This document shows positions 12,928 through 25,125 of a DNA stretch of 64,000 nt, piece after piece. A model generated the notes under the pieces. The model saw only the letters and a list, made by a program, of their open reading frames with translations, was not told where the DNA came from and ran no database searches. The position numbers and the translations under genes were made by a program. This DNA comes from Guillardia theta CCMP2712 (Eukaryota > Protista > Cryptophyta), in assembly GCF_000315625.1 (NCBI RefSeq), contig NW_005434671.1:817798-881797 (forward strand), given 5' to 3'. How positions within the stretch are numbered: position 1 is the first letter of the stretch; the number at the start of each line of letters is the position of its first letter.

Positions 12928-15654
12928 ATGGCTGAGGAGGGTCAGGAGATGCCGGAGGAGGGGGAGAGGGAGGAGGGGGAGAGGAGAGGAGAGGAGAACG
13001 TGGAGGGGGAAGTGAGCCAGGTCCAAGCGCCCGAGGAAGAAACGATGAACTCGACCATGGAGTTGTCCCAAGTTGTCGAGGAGACAGACAAGGAGGAGAT
13101 GGATGGGGGCGGGCAGGACCGTTCGAACTCCTTGGGGCAGGAAGAAGCACAGAACGAAGAGGCTGACGAGGGCGGGGGAGATCGAGATGAAGAAGAATTC
13201 GACGTGGAAGCCGAGGAGAAAGCTGAAGAGGAAGCTGAGAGGTTTGGCCGGGATCAACGCCAGTGATCCTACCAGTCACGTTCCTTCACGCAGACCCTCG
13301 GAGCCTCCCAAGATTCTGAGGATGCAGACTATCCAACCAGAGGATCTCTCTGTAGTTAGATTCCGTGTTGTGTTAACCTCTGAACGTCTGTGATGCAACA
13401 GGCAAGCTACAGTGCAAACAGCAACGAAGAGTTGCTGGTATCGCCTGGTGCGGTGAAGCTTGTCGGAGACCTGACCGCAGTTGAAAGGTGTTGGAGTATG
13501 TCGAGAACTTTCGTCGGCAGTTCGTCCAGCTGTATCCGGTGAGATGATCGTCGAGTCTCTGAACTTGTACAAGACCTCTGAACTCGTCGGCGTTGCTGTG
13601 ATCAGCATAGGAAAGAGCTGCTCCTTTCGCCAAGGAACGAGTGTGGTGTAGAGAAATTCATCTGTACAACGGTGAGGCCCACCAAGATGGAGTACAACGA
13701 GATCTACGACTTGGAGGTGAGACGGCAGGAGGAGATAAGAGGGAAAAGAAGCGCTTGACTCTGATCCCTCCCCCCGCAGTCCTGTGCCCTCTTCGTTTCC
13801 GAGCACATTAAGTACGAGGTCCGCTCGTTCATGGCTCGTAGTTGAGACTTAGTCGACCTGACATGTTTCCATTTCTGTCTTCTGTTGATTCTCCTCTCCT
13901 CTCCTCTCCTCTCCTCTCCTCTCCTCTCCTCTCCTGTCCTGCACGTCTCCAACAAGCAGCATCTCTGGGACCCCCTGACCCTCCCCAAGTACATCCCGTC
14001 CCCCACCAGCGTGCTGAGGTGGCAGGTACCCCCCCCACACCCCCTGAGGTTCCCATGCTCATCCTGCCACCCCCCGCAGGCCGGGGACTGCTTCGATATG
14101 AGCATCGTGTTGGCCAGCCTGCTGATCGGGGTGGGGTACGACGCCTACGTCGTGATCGGGTTCGCAGAGAAGAGAATCTGCCTGGCGGACGAGGCGCACG
14201 AGCCGCTCGTCGGGCACTCGAGGAGCAGGACGTCGCAGGGGAGCTCGCGGAGCAAGAAGGCGCAGATCAAGGTCTTCAGTGACGACGCCAAGGAGGAATC
14301 GGTGTACTCGGTGAAGCAGCGGCCAGTGCTGGACAGCACGTTCGTGATGACGAGGGACAAGTTCGATCGCCTCGATCAGGAGCTGACCAAGAAGGAGCAA
14401 GAGGCTCCTGCCATGCTCATCGAGGAGGAGGAGCAGTCGGTGCAGGAGGAGGACGAGTACGAGGGGCAGCGGGTGCATGCGTGGGTGTTGGTTCGAGCAG
14501 GCAAGAGAGAGATGGTTGACAACGTCTTTGTGGAGGCGAGTACGGGGAAGGTGAAACCTGCTTCTCCGTCTGGATTTTCGTTCTAATCATTCTCCTGTCC
14601 TGTCCTGCCCTGTTTGTTGTCCTGCCCTGTCCCCTCCTCTCTCACGCTCCGTCTCGCTCTCTTCCTGTCTTGTCTCTCAGGTTGTCCCCACAAATCACCC
14701 TGGCTACAAGGGGATCGAGGCTGTCTTCAACCACCAGAACTACTGGGTCGACATGCAGGTGAAGAGGCTGGGTAGAGGAGGAGGAGGAGGAGGTTGAAGA
14801 GGATTCCCCAGCGGGTCGATGAGCCCAAGGACATCTCCTTTGCTCTTGAGGACTTCAACAAGTGGGAGTTTCTCTTCATCAGCAGCATGTCAAAGGATCA
14901 AAGGAGGAACTCTATCGAGGATGCCAGGTCCTGCCCCTCCTCCGTTGAGACCCCTCCCTCCCATACGCCTCCTCCTCTACCTCCTCTCCTGTTCCTTGCA
15001 CCTCGCCTCCCCCTTCCTGTCCTGTCCTCTACCTCTTATCTCCTCTACCTCGCTTCTTTTCCCCTCTCCTCTTCTGCTCCTCCCCCCCTTCCTCCTCTTC
15101 CCTCCCCTTCATCTCCCATCCTGACTTACTTGAACAGGCCGAACCGATCGCCTCCTTCATCTCCTTTGGAGGGGAAGAGAGTCGGAACGGGGAACAGGAG
15201 GCCTGCGGGGCAGGAGGGCGGGGCTGGCCAGGACGATCAGCGAGTGGAGGTGGAACTCGAGGCGATGGAGGAGGAGAGGACTGACGGGACTTCAGGGACC
15301 GGAGGAGGTAGCTGAAGGGGAGCACATCCTAGACCTCCCTCCCAGCTGGTCTCCAGCTGAAGCCTCCCCGCTCGGGGGGCAGCAGGAAGATTTTCTTACG
15401 GTCCTGGCAGGGTGGACAAGCTCTTCATCGACCGCGAGATCTTCCTTCGACGCTATGCCGAGGAGGTTGCCTTCTCCTACTGCTGCTCCTGCTGCTCCAA
15501 CTCCTCCCCCACCCAATCCTCTTCCTCCTCATCTTGATCCCTTCCCTTCGGATGGACGTGTTGAACCTGTGCTGGTCAGTCCGGCGAGCCGAAAAGAACC
15601 AAGGATTACAAGAAGAGCAGGGTGGAACACTTTGCTGAGGTAAGACTCTCCTGA

Positions 15655-15686
<32 letters not shown>

Positions 15687-15702
15687 AACTGCTCCTGCTC
15701 AA

Positions 15703-15733
<31 letters not shown>

Positions 15734-16609
15734 CGCTCAACTGCTCCTGCTCATTTGCTCTTGCTCCTGCTCTCCTGCTCCTGCTCAACTGCTCTCCTGC
15801 TGCTCTTCCTCCTGGCCCTGACTTGCCTGCTAGAACTCGAGGAGGGATGGCATGACCGAGATGATCACGCTTTACAGCGACCTGGCGCGGACCAACATGA
15901 CGGAGGTCACTTGCTTGCTCCTGCTGCTTCAAACCATCAGCTCACGCGTCCGGCAGATACAAGAGTACTTTGCGAATCGCAAAGACAAGCTGGTCAGCAG
16001 ATTCCGATACTTTCGGTGAAGCAGCTCGTCCTCCTCCTCCCGCCGTTCCTGCTCTCGATCCCTCTCCTACGGATCCTTACCCTACTCCCGATCCCTCTAC
16101 TCCTCTCAGGGACGGCCGATCGCTCATTCTTGTGTGCTCAGCACCGGCAAGAGGATCGACTCCAACAGGAAGGAGCACATGATCTTCGAGAACTTCGACC
16201 CGGGTCGTCCAGATGCCTTGATGAAGGTGAGCAAATTTAAGATTTTCTCCTCCTTCTCCTTGTTTTGCTCCTCCTCGATCTGCTCCTCCTCCCCTCTCCC
16301 TTCTCCTCTCTCTTCTCCCTCTCCCACTCCTTCTCCTTCCTCCTTCCTCCTTCCTCACTTTCTCCCAGCTCGTCGAGAAGCCCGAAGGCCGAGAGTTCAC
16401 CTTCTACCACAAGGTCTACTCCTCCCCCAGCCCTCCCTCCAGCTCTCTCTCCAGCTTCCCCCCTAGCTCTCCCCAAGCATGCTTCTTCCTCACTTCCTCT
16501 CAGGCCACACTGGACGGGATGGTCAACAGGACGGAGTCCTTCACTAGGAATCGCGACCCCGCCAAACCCGTGGCCCTGCACAAGGTCTACCACACTTCGT
16601 CTTGCCATG

Positions 16610-16679
<70 letters not shown>

Positions 16680-18841
16680 CGCTCAACTGCTCAACTGCTC
16701 AACGGCTCCTGCTCCTCGTCATATCCACTCCCCTCTCCTCTATCCATCTTTCATCCTTCTCTTCTTTCCCTTCTCTCTCCACCTCCTGTCTCCCCATGTC
16801 TTCCTTCGTCATCCTCCTCCTACCGTGCTTACGGACCCAACGTAGGTCATCGAAACCTTCGAAGGACATCAGAACCGCCTCACCTACCGCAGGCACAGGA
16901 GGAGGAGGGGGATGGGGGGGGTGGGGGGAGGGGGAGGGGGAGGGGGAGGAGGGGGAGGAGGAGGGGAAGGAGGAAGTTTCAGGCCTGATGCTGCTGCTGC
17001 AGCATCACCTTCGAGCCCATCGAGCCCAACACGGACGCTCCCCCGATGAAGCAGCAGATTGACCATCCAAGGAAGATGACAGAGAAGGTGAGAGGAGGAG
17101 CGGAAGTCGTGCAGGGTTAAGGAGGAAGGAGAGGAGAGAAGTTTACACAGGGAGGACGATGGAAGTTCAAACGAAGGAGGAAAAGATGAGCAGGAGCAGG
17201 AGGGTTGGTCAGATAGGAGGAGGATGAAGAAGACAAGGGGAATTGGGAGGAGCATGATGGAGCAAGGGAGGAGAGGCAGAAGATGGGCAGGAGCAGGAGC
17301 AGGAGCAGGAGCAGGAAGATGGGGAGGAGCAGGAGGAGCAGGAGGAGCAGGAGGAGCAGGAGGAGGGAGACCAGAGGGAAGAACGGCTGAGCCCTGCGCA
17401 TGCAGTTTGAGCGGAACCCAGAGGTGCCAGCAGACAAGGACATCGCCAAGAGGACTTTCTTCACAGGCTCCCGTCCGGTGGGCACACGGCCCGTCCCTTG
17501 TCAAGCTGACCCTGCTGGCAGCCGAGAATCCATCTGATTTTCCACTACGGGCCGGGGAGGATCACTTCGGTGAGTTGGGCCGGACCGGGACGGGGAGGGG
17601 GAGGACGTGGAGCGTGTGAGACCGGATGCAGTCGACGCGGACGTACATCACCGAGAAGAACCTTAGCGGCGACGAGTTCTCGGTGCAGGTGAGGACGGAG
17701 CAGCTCGCGCCCGGTCGGGGGTGAAGCTGACGGTGTGGGGGGAAGGAGTACGTGGTGGACCCGTTTGCGAAGCCGATGAGGTACACGGAGCAGCGGGATG
17801 AGTACCAGCTGGTACGAGGAGAGAAGAGAAAGGCTCGCTGTGGGCTGACCTCTGCCCTCCTCCTCCTCCTCCTCCTCCTCCTCCTCCTCCTCCTCCTCCT
17901 CCTCCTCGCCTGTTGCAGCTCACAGCAGCGGAGAAGTCGCTCATCTCTGAGTTCCGCGAGGCCGAGCGAGAGGTCCAGGCACCTCAAACTTGCTCGCAAG
18001 CTAATAGGCTGTGCAGGCGACCAAGATCCTGGAGTCGAGGGAGAAGGAGGAAAAGGAGCCGGGACTGCTCAAGAGTCTGCATGTACAGCTACAGGTCGAA
18101 CACCTCCCCCGATCCCCTCTCCTCGCGGCTGTTGCTCTGTTCGTCCTTGCACATACTCGGATCTCATCCGCTCTGCAGGAGAAGAAGGTGGCGGAAGCGA
18201 TGAAACCCAAGGAGGAGGAGTCGGAAGCTGCTCTCAAGTGAGCCATTGCGTCCTCCTCCTCCTCCCCTTCCCTTGACCGTCCTGTAGGTACGACTACCTC
18301 GCGCCGTACCTGCCGAAGCACGCGAAGCAGAAGGCTCTCACGAAGCAGGACGCGCAGGTTCGTCCCTGCCCACCGCGGGGGCCTGCGTGTGACGTGGTGA
18401 GCGCAGAAAGTCAAGGATAGCTGCCTGAAGGCGCTCAAGGAGAGGTAGAAGAGCTGAAACTCTGCTCGGCTGCTGCTGAGCTGAATTCTCGCTCACACCC
18501 TTGCAGGCTCATCGATCGCGCCCACATCATCGAAACCAGGTTGGAAGAGGAGCAGGCAGCTCTCACCAAGAAGCAGGTGCCTGTCCCCCTCCCGTTCCTC
18601 CTCCCTCCTCCCTTTCTCCTCCTGCGCCTTGAACGTTGTTGCCCAGGTCGGATACCAGAGGCAGGACAAGGACAAGACGTCAGACGACGAGGAGTACGAG
18701 AAGTACGTGAACGAGGCTCAGTTCCGCATCCAGATTCTCAAGCAGAGGAGAGACCGGCACGAGGAGATTGCCAAGGCCAAGTTCAAGGAGATGATCGAGA
18801 GGCTGCAGAACGATCCTCGTCTCGCCATTCTCAACCAATAA
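12928..18841 (+). CDS. DRC7: Dynein regulatory complex subunit 7 (CCDC135/FAP50), heavily intron-split
   Basis: Acidic N-terminus, then SYSANSNEELLVLEYVENFRRQFVQLYP, LSPRNECGVEKFICTTVRPT, SPTSVLRWQAGDCFDMSIVLASLLIGVGYDAYVVIG, HAWVLVRAGKRE..NVFVEASTG, GIEAVFNHQNYWV, YDYLAPYL, and C-terminal EAQFRIQILKQRRDRH...LQNDPRL. Confidence 0.93.
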
Positions 18842-18949
18842 ACCTATCACAGGCGATGACCTTCTCCTTGAGATCACACAGTGTCAGGCTAGCTGGCAGC
18901 CAGAACCCCTGCCGCGTGCTCCGTGCGAGTGCCGCCATGATGTCGCTCA

Positions 18950-19075
18950 GTCCGACTCGATGATGATCAGTGTTGACCGTACGCCGGGTTACTTAGTCAC
19001 GCGGCATTGTCACTACCGAGGGCTCCCGGCCCCCCGGCCGCGGCCGGCGGCCGGGCCCGCCAAGTGGGGGTTATA
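18950..19075. promoter_or_regulatory. GC/CpG-rich intergenic island with a TATA-like TTATAAA upstream of BolA
   Basis: CCGGCCGCGGCCGGCGGCCGGGCCC run, AGTCAC motif, and TTATAAA about 45 nt before the ATG at 19119. Confidence 0.45.
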
Positions 19076-19118
19076 AAGGAGTAGGATAGCAGTTACTCTG
19101 TAACCGTCACTTCACGCA

Positions 19119-19828
19119 ATGCTGGCCAGACTGCCTGCAAGGATGCTGCGATGCGCTGTGGCCATGCCAGCAGTCGCCTCCTGCTTCATCATGCCGGGGA
19201 ACACGATGCTTTCATCTGCAGGCCTCAGCTTGAGGCGGGGAGTGAGCAGTTTCGCTTGGCCATCGCAGAGATCTGTTGTTTGCGCAAAGGTACGTGCAAG
19301 CTACGTTACACCCGTTCACGCTTGTGTCTGATCAATTTTGATTTGTGCCAATCACCGATCCTCTAGACAAGACAAGGTAGCTAAGTCTCATCCTTCAAAC
19401 AGCAGTATCTTACTTGGTTGATCAGTGCTGAAATTCCAACCATGCTACATGAGCACAGACGCGTCTGCCCCGGAGGAGGACACAGTTATGTCCACCATTG
19501 AAAAGAAGATAACTTCTGGTTTGCTATGACACCAAGTTCACAACAGGTCTTGATCTTTTTCGCAGAGTTGAAGCCCGTGAAGCTTGAGGTCATTCCAGCT
19601 TACGGCGATCCCAACGGCAGCCACGTGACCATTAACGTGGTTTCACAAGCCTTCGAGGGCAAGCGAGCGGTCCAGCGACAGCAGATGGTGTACAAGGTAC
19701 ATGACAGAGAGCGTTGCACAAGGCTGCTGTGACACCGTTCACTTCAGGTCATCTGGGAGGAGATGCAGGGAGCCATTCACGCTGTTGATCAGATGAAATG
19801 CCAAACCCCGGCTGAGGCTGGGATGTAA
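19119..19828 (+). CDS. BolA-family protein (plastid BolA4-like) with organellar N-terminal leader
   Basis: ELKPVKLEVIPAYGDPNGSHVTINVVSQAFEGKRAVQRQQMVYK/VIWEEMQGAIHAVDQMKCQTPAEAGM*. The leader has AVASCF followed by a Ser/Arg-rich stretch. Confidence 0.9.
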
Positions 19829-20055
19829 ATCTTCAATGAAAGAGTTGTCAGTGTTGCATGTCCTTGCAATTTACATTTGAATTGTGTGTCAATGTTTCGG
19901 TTTGGAGGGCACAAGGGAAAATTCTAATCAAGGTCAGATCGCTGAGAGCGGATCGAAGGTTTTTTTCACAGAGAGACATCGTTACATTAGAACGAGAAGG
20001 TCAAGATTCGATGAAGGGGAGAAATTACAAATGTAGGTCACACAGCTTGCCATCT

Positions 20056-20818
20056 TCATCTCTTTGTTGCCTTGAAGAAAGGACTCGGGCTGCAAATCCA
20101 CACAATCATGCTCGCTCAGTACATCACAGATGGCACTTACCCGAACTTGTCGTCAAGATCCTCGTTACAAACCCCTTCCTCCTCGTCTGATGCTGTCTCG
20201 ACCCTGCAAGAAACTTCCTTCAGATCCTGTCCGTGAGTCCCGTCCCAGAAAGAGCAGCGTTACAACCCACAAGCGCAATATGGGCGAAATTCACGGCAGG
20301 CCCATGACAGATAACCTAACAGAACACTTGCTGCATACAGCATCAACCTACCTGCAGATCACCCTGGAAGTTTGCTTGCTCGGAAAGTCTTGAACGACCT
20401 GCTCAGTCGTCACTCAATCGAGCGCTCGGCGTTGGTTCCCTTCACCTTGGTTGAGTGGTCGCCCGTGATTCCAAAACCTCCACAATGACTGCAACTGCGC
20501 TCGAGGACTCGATCGGCTCCTGGAATGCCTTTGAGATCTCCGATGGTGTGCGTTTCATGGATCTTTTGCGTTCAAACACGGTGAGCATCCTGCTCGTAAC
20601 CATCAAGCACGATTCACCTTGCCCGTGCCCTGACACTCTCCACAAGGTTTGACATCAACAGGAGCGTGCTTCTCATAACTGAGCAACGTACAATCAGAAG
20701 ATGTTCGAGCAGCAAAACACGCGCAATACCATCTCGGATCCAAGGGGAAGTTCCTCTGCAACTCCCCGGCAGCATGCTTTGACCTGATGGTTGTGGCGAT
20801 TTGGTCCAGATCTGCCAT
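20056..20818 (-). CDS. Small DnaJ-type zinc-finger (CxxCxGxG x2) protein without a J domain
   Basis: MADLDQIATTIRSKH..., KPCGECQGTGK, then after an intron IHETHTIGDLKGIPGADRVLERSCSHCGGFG. Later exons appear to end DDKFGPSPFFKATKR*. Confidence 0.6.
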
Positions 20819-20896
20819 CGCTGCCGGATGACAGGTGCCTCGAGGTTTGTATATGTCTACACGGATGTTTCTTTCCTTCAGGCCCTCTTTGTTGCC

Positions 20897-20959
<63 letters not shown>

Positions 20960-20960
20960 G
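20897..20960. repeat. (CTGT)n microsatellite
   Basis: About 15 tandem CTGT units. Confidence 0.95.
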
Positions 20961-21265
20961 CTGCCTTCAGATCTTCTTTCCTCCTTCTCCCTTGCCCTTC
21001 TCGTTATGCTCAGGGCTCAACCGACATAGGAGGAAATTCACCGTTACTGCCAGCAACTTGCAAGTGTAACGTGCGCAACTGATCTATGGGCGGAGCCTTG
21101 ACAACCAGATAGTTATTTTCTACCCCGTCATAGGACAGTCGAAATGATGAAAAGGTGGGGTAGGGGTGGTGTGTCCATGGGAGGAAGCCCAGACCGGGGG
21201 CCGATCAAGGATGGTGGGGGAAGGTCGAGAGGAGGAAGGAGGAGAGATGCCATGACACGTAGGAC

Positions 21266-23878
21266 ATGAGGCAGCAGGAAGTTCTCCACGTCTTCGTGCT
21301 CCTCGCCTTCTGCATAAGGTCCTCCGACTTGGCTGGAGCTGGTGTGAAGCGATGCTGCGGTTCACATAGATTCTTCCCCGCGCTCGTCAGGAGGCTTCGT
21401 GGTGGCTCGGTGGGGGAGAAGGGGACGTCAGCCCCTGAGAATGACGACAAAGACGATGGCACATGCATGTGTTGCTGTGAACCCATGGAGACTGTTGCTC
21501 TTTCCCTGTGTGGGCATCACAGCGTTTGCGGGCTGTGCAGTTATCGACTTCGGGTACTCCTGAACCAAACTCAGTGCATCTTCTGCCAGCAGATATCAGA
21601 GAGCGTCTTCATAGCAGACTCTCGCGACTTCCCCCCGCAAGGCCCCATGGACCACGTTGTCTGGGACAATCAGACCAAAGTGTGCTTCGAGACCGAAGAG
21701 CTCGCTTCTCGCTTCCGCGCCCTCACGGTGGCCAAGTGTACAACATGCGAAGAGACTTTCAACACGGTGAAACAGCTACAGAGTCATACGAGAACTTGTC
21801 ACAGGCTGAGGTACTGCTGGCTCTGTCTAGAGAACAGGAAGATCTTCATCTCGGAGCAGGCGACCTACGACCAACAGCAGTTCCGTGTGCATCTGACAGG
21901 CAGAGATGGCAGCGGCCTCAAGTCAGGGCATCCGCTGTGTAAGATGTGCTGGAGGCGCTTCTACGATGACACGCAGCTGATCTACCACATGTCGCAAGAT
22001 CACTTCGCCTGCCACGTCTGTCAGAGGCGGAGGGAGGACGACGATCGCCAGCAGGTGGAGTTCTTCCAGAACTATGAGCAGCTCTTTGCGCACTTTCGCT
22101 CGGAGCACTACGTATGCGAGGAAAGGAGCTGCATGGATCTGAGGTTCATCGCGTTCGGGACCGAGTTGGAGCTGTTCTCGCACATGTCAAGCGAGCATGG
22201 AGGGTCAACGAGGCGAAGCGTGCGAGACGCGATCTTGAGCCAGACGATCCTGCAGGAATACCGACGGAGTGACGGTGGGAGAGGGCGAGGAAGGAGCAGC
22301 CGTCCGGGGAGAGGAGCGCAGGCACACAGGGGACAGGTGGCAGAGCGGATGGGGGATACAGGCTTCGCCGCTGGCTCCACGAGAGGAATCGGGGGGAGGG
22401 GTAGACGTTATCAACGCGGAACTCCGAGAGCGGGGTTGAGGAACGAAGATCCCGACAGAGCAAGCTTGCAAGCCAGCCAGGCAGATGGATCAGAGCACTT
22501 GATAGTGTCGGGGATCAACATAACCCAGCTGAGAGAGAGATATGAGAGGGAGCTCAGCTCGTCGAGAAGGCCGGAGGAAGGGAGCCCGACTAGGAACGAG
22601 AGGTTGAGCAGAGGTGAAGGAGGAATGACGGATGTTCCTGACGTGTTCTGACTTGATCTTATCTCAGAGGAGTTTCCTTCCCTCCCAAACGCGCAGGAGC
22701 AGCCGCAGCCGGTGGCGAGCGCCATGTCGGATCAAGCCGCTGCCACAGCACAGACCATGTCCAAGAAGTTCTTTTGCGACGAGCTCACCAGCCAACGACG
22801 AAATCTCTCCGCGGAAGATTTCCCGTGAGTTCCCCTCTCGGTAGAACTCAGCCAAATCACACGCTTCCGCAGATCGTTGCCCTCTCTCGTCACTCGGGAC
22901 CCTAGTCGAGTGGGTGCGAGCAGCGAGGCTGACAAGGATCTTGCCGCCCTCATCGCCAAGAATGCATCGACGACTTCGTCAAGAGCCAGCAAGCATGTCG
23001 TCACCAATCTCTTCATGAGCGGGAGGTTGCTGTCTCTGAGAACGTCCGAGTCAAGTCGCTCTTGGCGAACTGTTGTGAGTGACAGGGGAGGGAACAACTC
23101 CCTTGCCTCCAGCAAGACCGTCGAGGTTCCCAATGACGCTGAGTGAGACTTTTGCCTGCCCCCCTCCTTCCCATGACTGCAACTCGCTGACCCAGAGCTT
23201 GTAGGTACCCTCCTCTTCCGAGCTTGCATGCTCAAGAGAGTGGCCGTTCTTCTGATCGAGTGCAGACAGCGGCTACCCCAAGAGGCAGGTTGGAGGAGGA
23301 GAACCAAGAGGATCTACAGCAGAAGGAAGCAGACCTCAAGATCGCGCGTGAAACGGCTGTTCGGCTCCTCGGCAGAGACACTTACAGTGTTCTTGAGGTG
23401 TTCGCTGTCTTCATATCCCCTCCTCAACCCTATCCTCCATGTCTGATTGCCTGTTCACCTCTTCCTGCCTTGAGTTGCGCGCATACACCTTCCCCCTTCC
23501 GTCCTACCCTACCTTGCCTTGCTGTTGTCATACTCTATCCTTTTCTTTCCCCCATACACTCTCCTCCCCCCTATCTCCTCTTATGCGAGTCCATGCATGC
23601 AGAAAGCTTTCGAGGACGCCTGCCGACTTGCTCGTACGAGAGATTCAACGAGGCTGTTGCTGTCCGAGCACCTTCAGTCTCTCCGACTTCTCTCCGAGCA
23701 TGGTGCTCTCCTTTCGACCATGGACTCCTTGTGCAAGGGCACCAGACCCTCTTTCGCAGACGAGCTGCTCGAGCTCGTGTCGGTGAGCTGCGGGGGTTCC
23801 GCCATGTTGCCCATCCTCCTCACCGTATCTTGCAGGCGTCTCAGCGCAACCTTGCGGCTCTCACCAGAGACAATCTGA
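21266..23878 (+). CDS. ZNF598: ZNF598/Hel2-type RING E3 ubiquitin ligase with an N-terminal signal-peptide-like leader
   Basis: RING CMCCCEPMETVALSLCGHHSVCGLCSYRLRVLLNQTQCIFCQQ. C2H2 array including YCWLCLENRKIF, GHPLCKMCWRRFYDDTQLIYHMSQDHFACHVC and FFQNYEQLFAHFRSEHYVCEERSC. EEFPSL motif downstream. The 3' exons are less certain. Confidence 0.9.
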
Positions 23879-23966
23879 AGCCTTACAAGAAGAAAGAGCT
23901 AGAGACAGACATACTCTTGTAGAGTTCAAAAGAGCAGCAGAACACTCGGCACGTTGTGTGAGGAGG

Positions 23967-25125
23967 TCACAATTTACTGTGTAGCAACACGTGCATCGAT
24001 GAACCTAAATGGAGTCAGAGTCACTTTCACAGCGGACGCTTGCGAGACAGACCTGGGTACGTTGGCAACTTCAGGCCAAACTCGTCACGGATAGCAGGAG
24101 GCACAAACCGCCCCCCTAGAAAATGGTGCCCTGAACACGCTTCAGCTCCCCGAAAGACGTTGGGGCAGCGGACCTTTGAAGTGCTTCGCACACAACTTAG
24201 GTGCAGTCAGAGAGATCAGAACTGCAGGCTCCAAGCCGACTCCCCCCTTGTTGCCCTCGTTGACGTCCCAGCCCTGGCAGTTGAATGAGAGAGGTCGAGA
24301 GGACAGGCCTCGATATGCATCACAGATGGAACATCGACAGAGACTATTGGCTTCGAGATCTGAAAGCATCAAGCTGGTCAGGGACCTATTCGATCTTTCC
24401 CTCATCCTTTCACCTTCTTCAGCGTACTGATAATGTCTGCGAAAGGAGCTCGGATCTCTCCCTTGAAGGAGAACCCAAAGATCGCATCCACCACCACGTC
24501 AAAATCGCGTTCGATCGCCTCCGCCGAGGGCAGCTCTTGCAGCACGGGGACGTCAAGGCTAGCCAGCTGAGTCACCAGACCCTGATACAAAGGTTTCGCT
24601 GTTTGCTTCGGATAGCACACAACAGGCTTGTAGCCAAAGTGATACAAGTGTCGAGCTGCAACCAACCCGTCCCCTCCGTTGTTCCCTGGCCCACAAACAA
24701 CAAGGATCCTCTGCAGATTTTGCGCGCAATACTCGGACGTTGCAGTAGCTACGCTCAACCCAGCAAGCTCCATGAGCTGGTCGATAGAGAAACCCAGTGG
24801 CCCTGGGCAATGGCGTCAGCAGCTCTTCCCATCCCTATGGCAGCCAACCCATCAACTTCTCGTCGATCTCCGCTGCCTTGGATGCTTCAAGGAAAGCCAA
24901 GTCCTGCAGCGAGCACGCCATGGTGCCCTGCAGCCGGTCAGCACAGGACGAGGAGAACAAAAACGAGTCCCCCCGTATCGGAACGATCGCGAGTGGGAGG
25001 AGCGTTGTGAGATAGACATTCATCCTCGGGCCCTTGGAACGAGTGACTGCGTGCTGGGAGCGTTGGCGTGCACATCTCAGCCCGGCAAATCTCAATCCGG
25101 GGATGTCTTTAAAGCGCAACATCAT
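23967..25125 (-). CDS. NAXE: NAD(P)HX epimerase (YjeF_N / APOA1BP)
   Basis: AAEIDEKLMGPLGFSIDQLMELAGLSVA, VCGPGNNGGDGLVAARHL, VDAIFGFSFKG, GWDV, LISLTAPK, HFLGGRFVPP. The last exon gives YPGSSMHVLLHSKL*. The start codon is uncertain. Confidence 0.95.

Noticed and set aside
15029-17619. Many ORFs with poly-Leu, PA, SR, CS or poly-Gly tracts
   Set aside because: They are translations of intronic microsatellites within DRC7.
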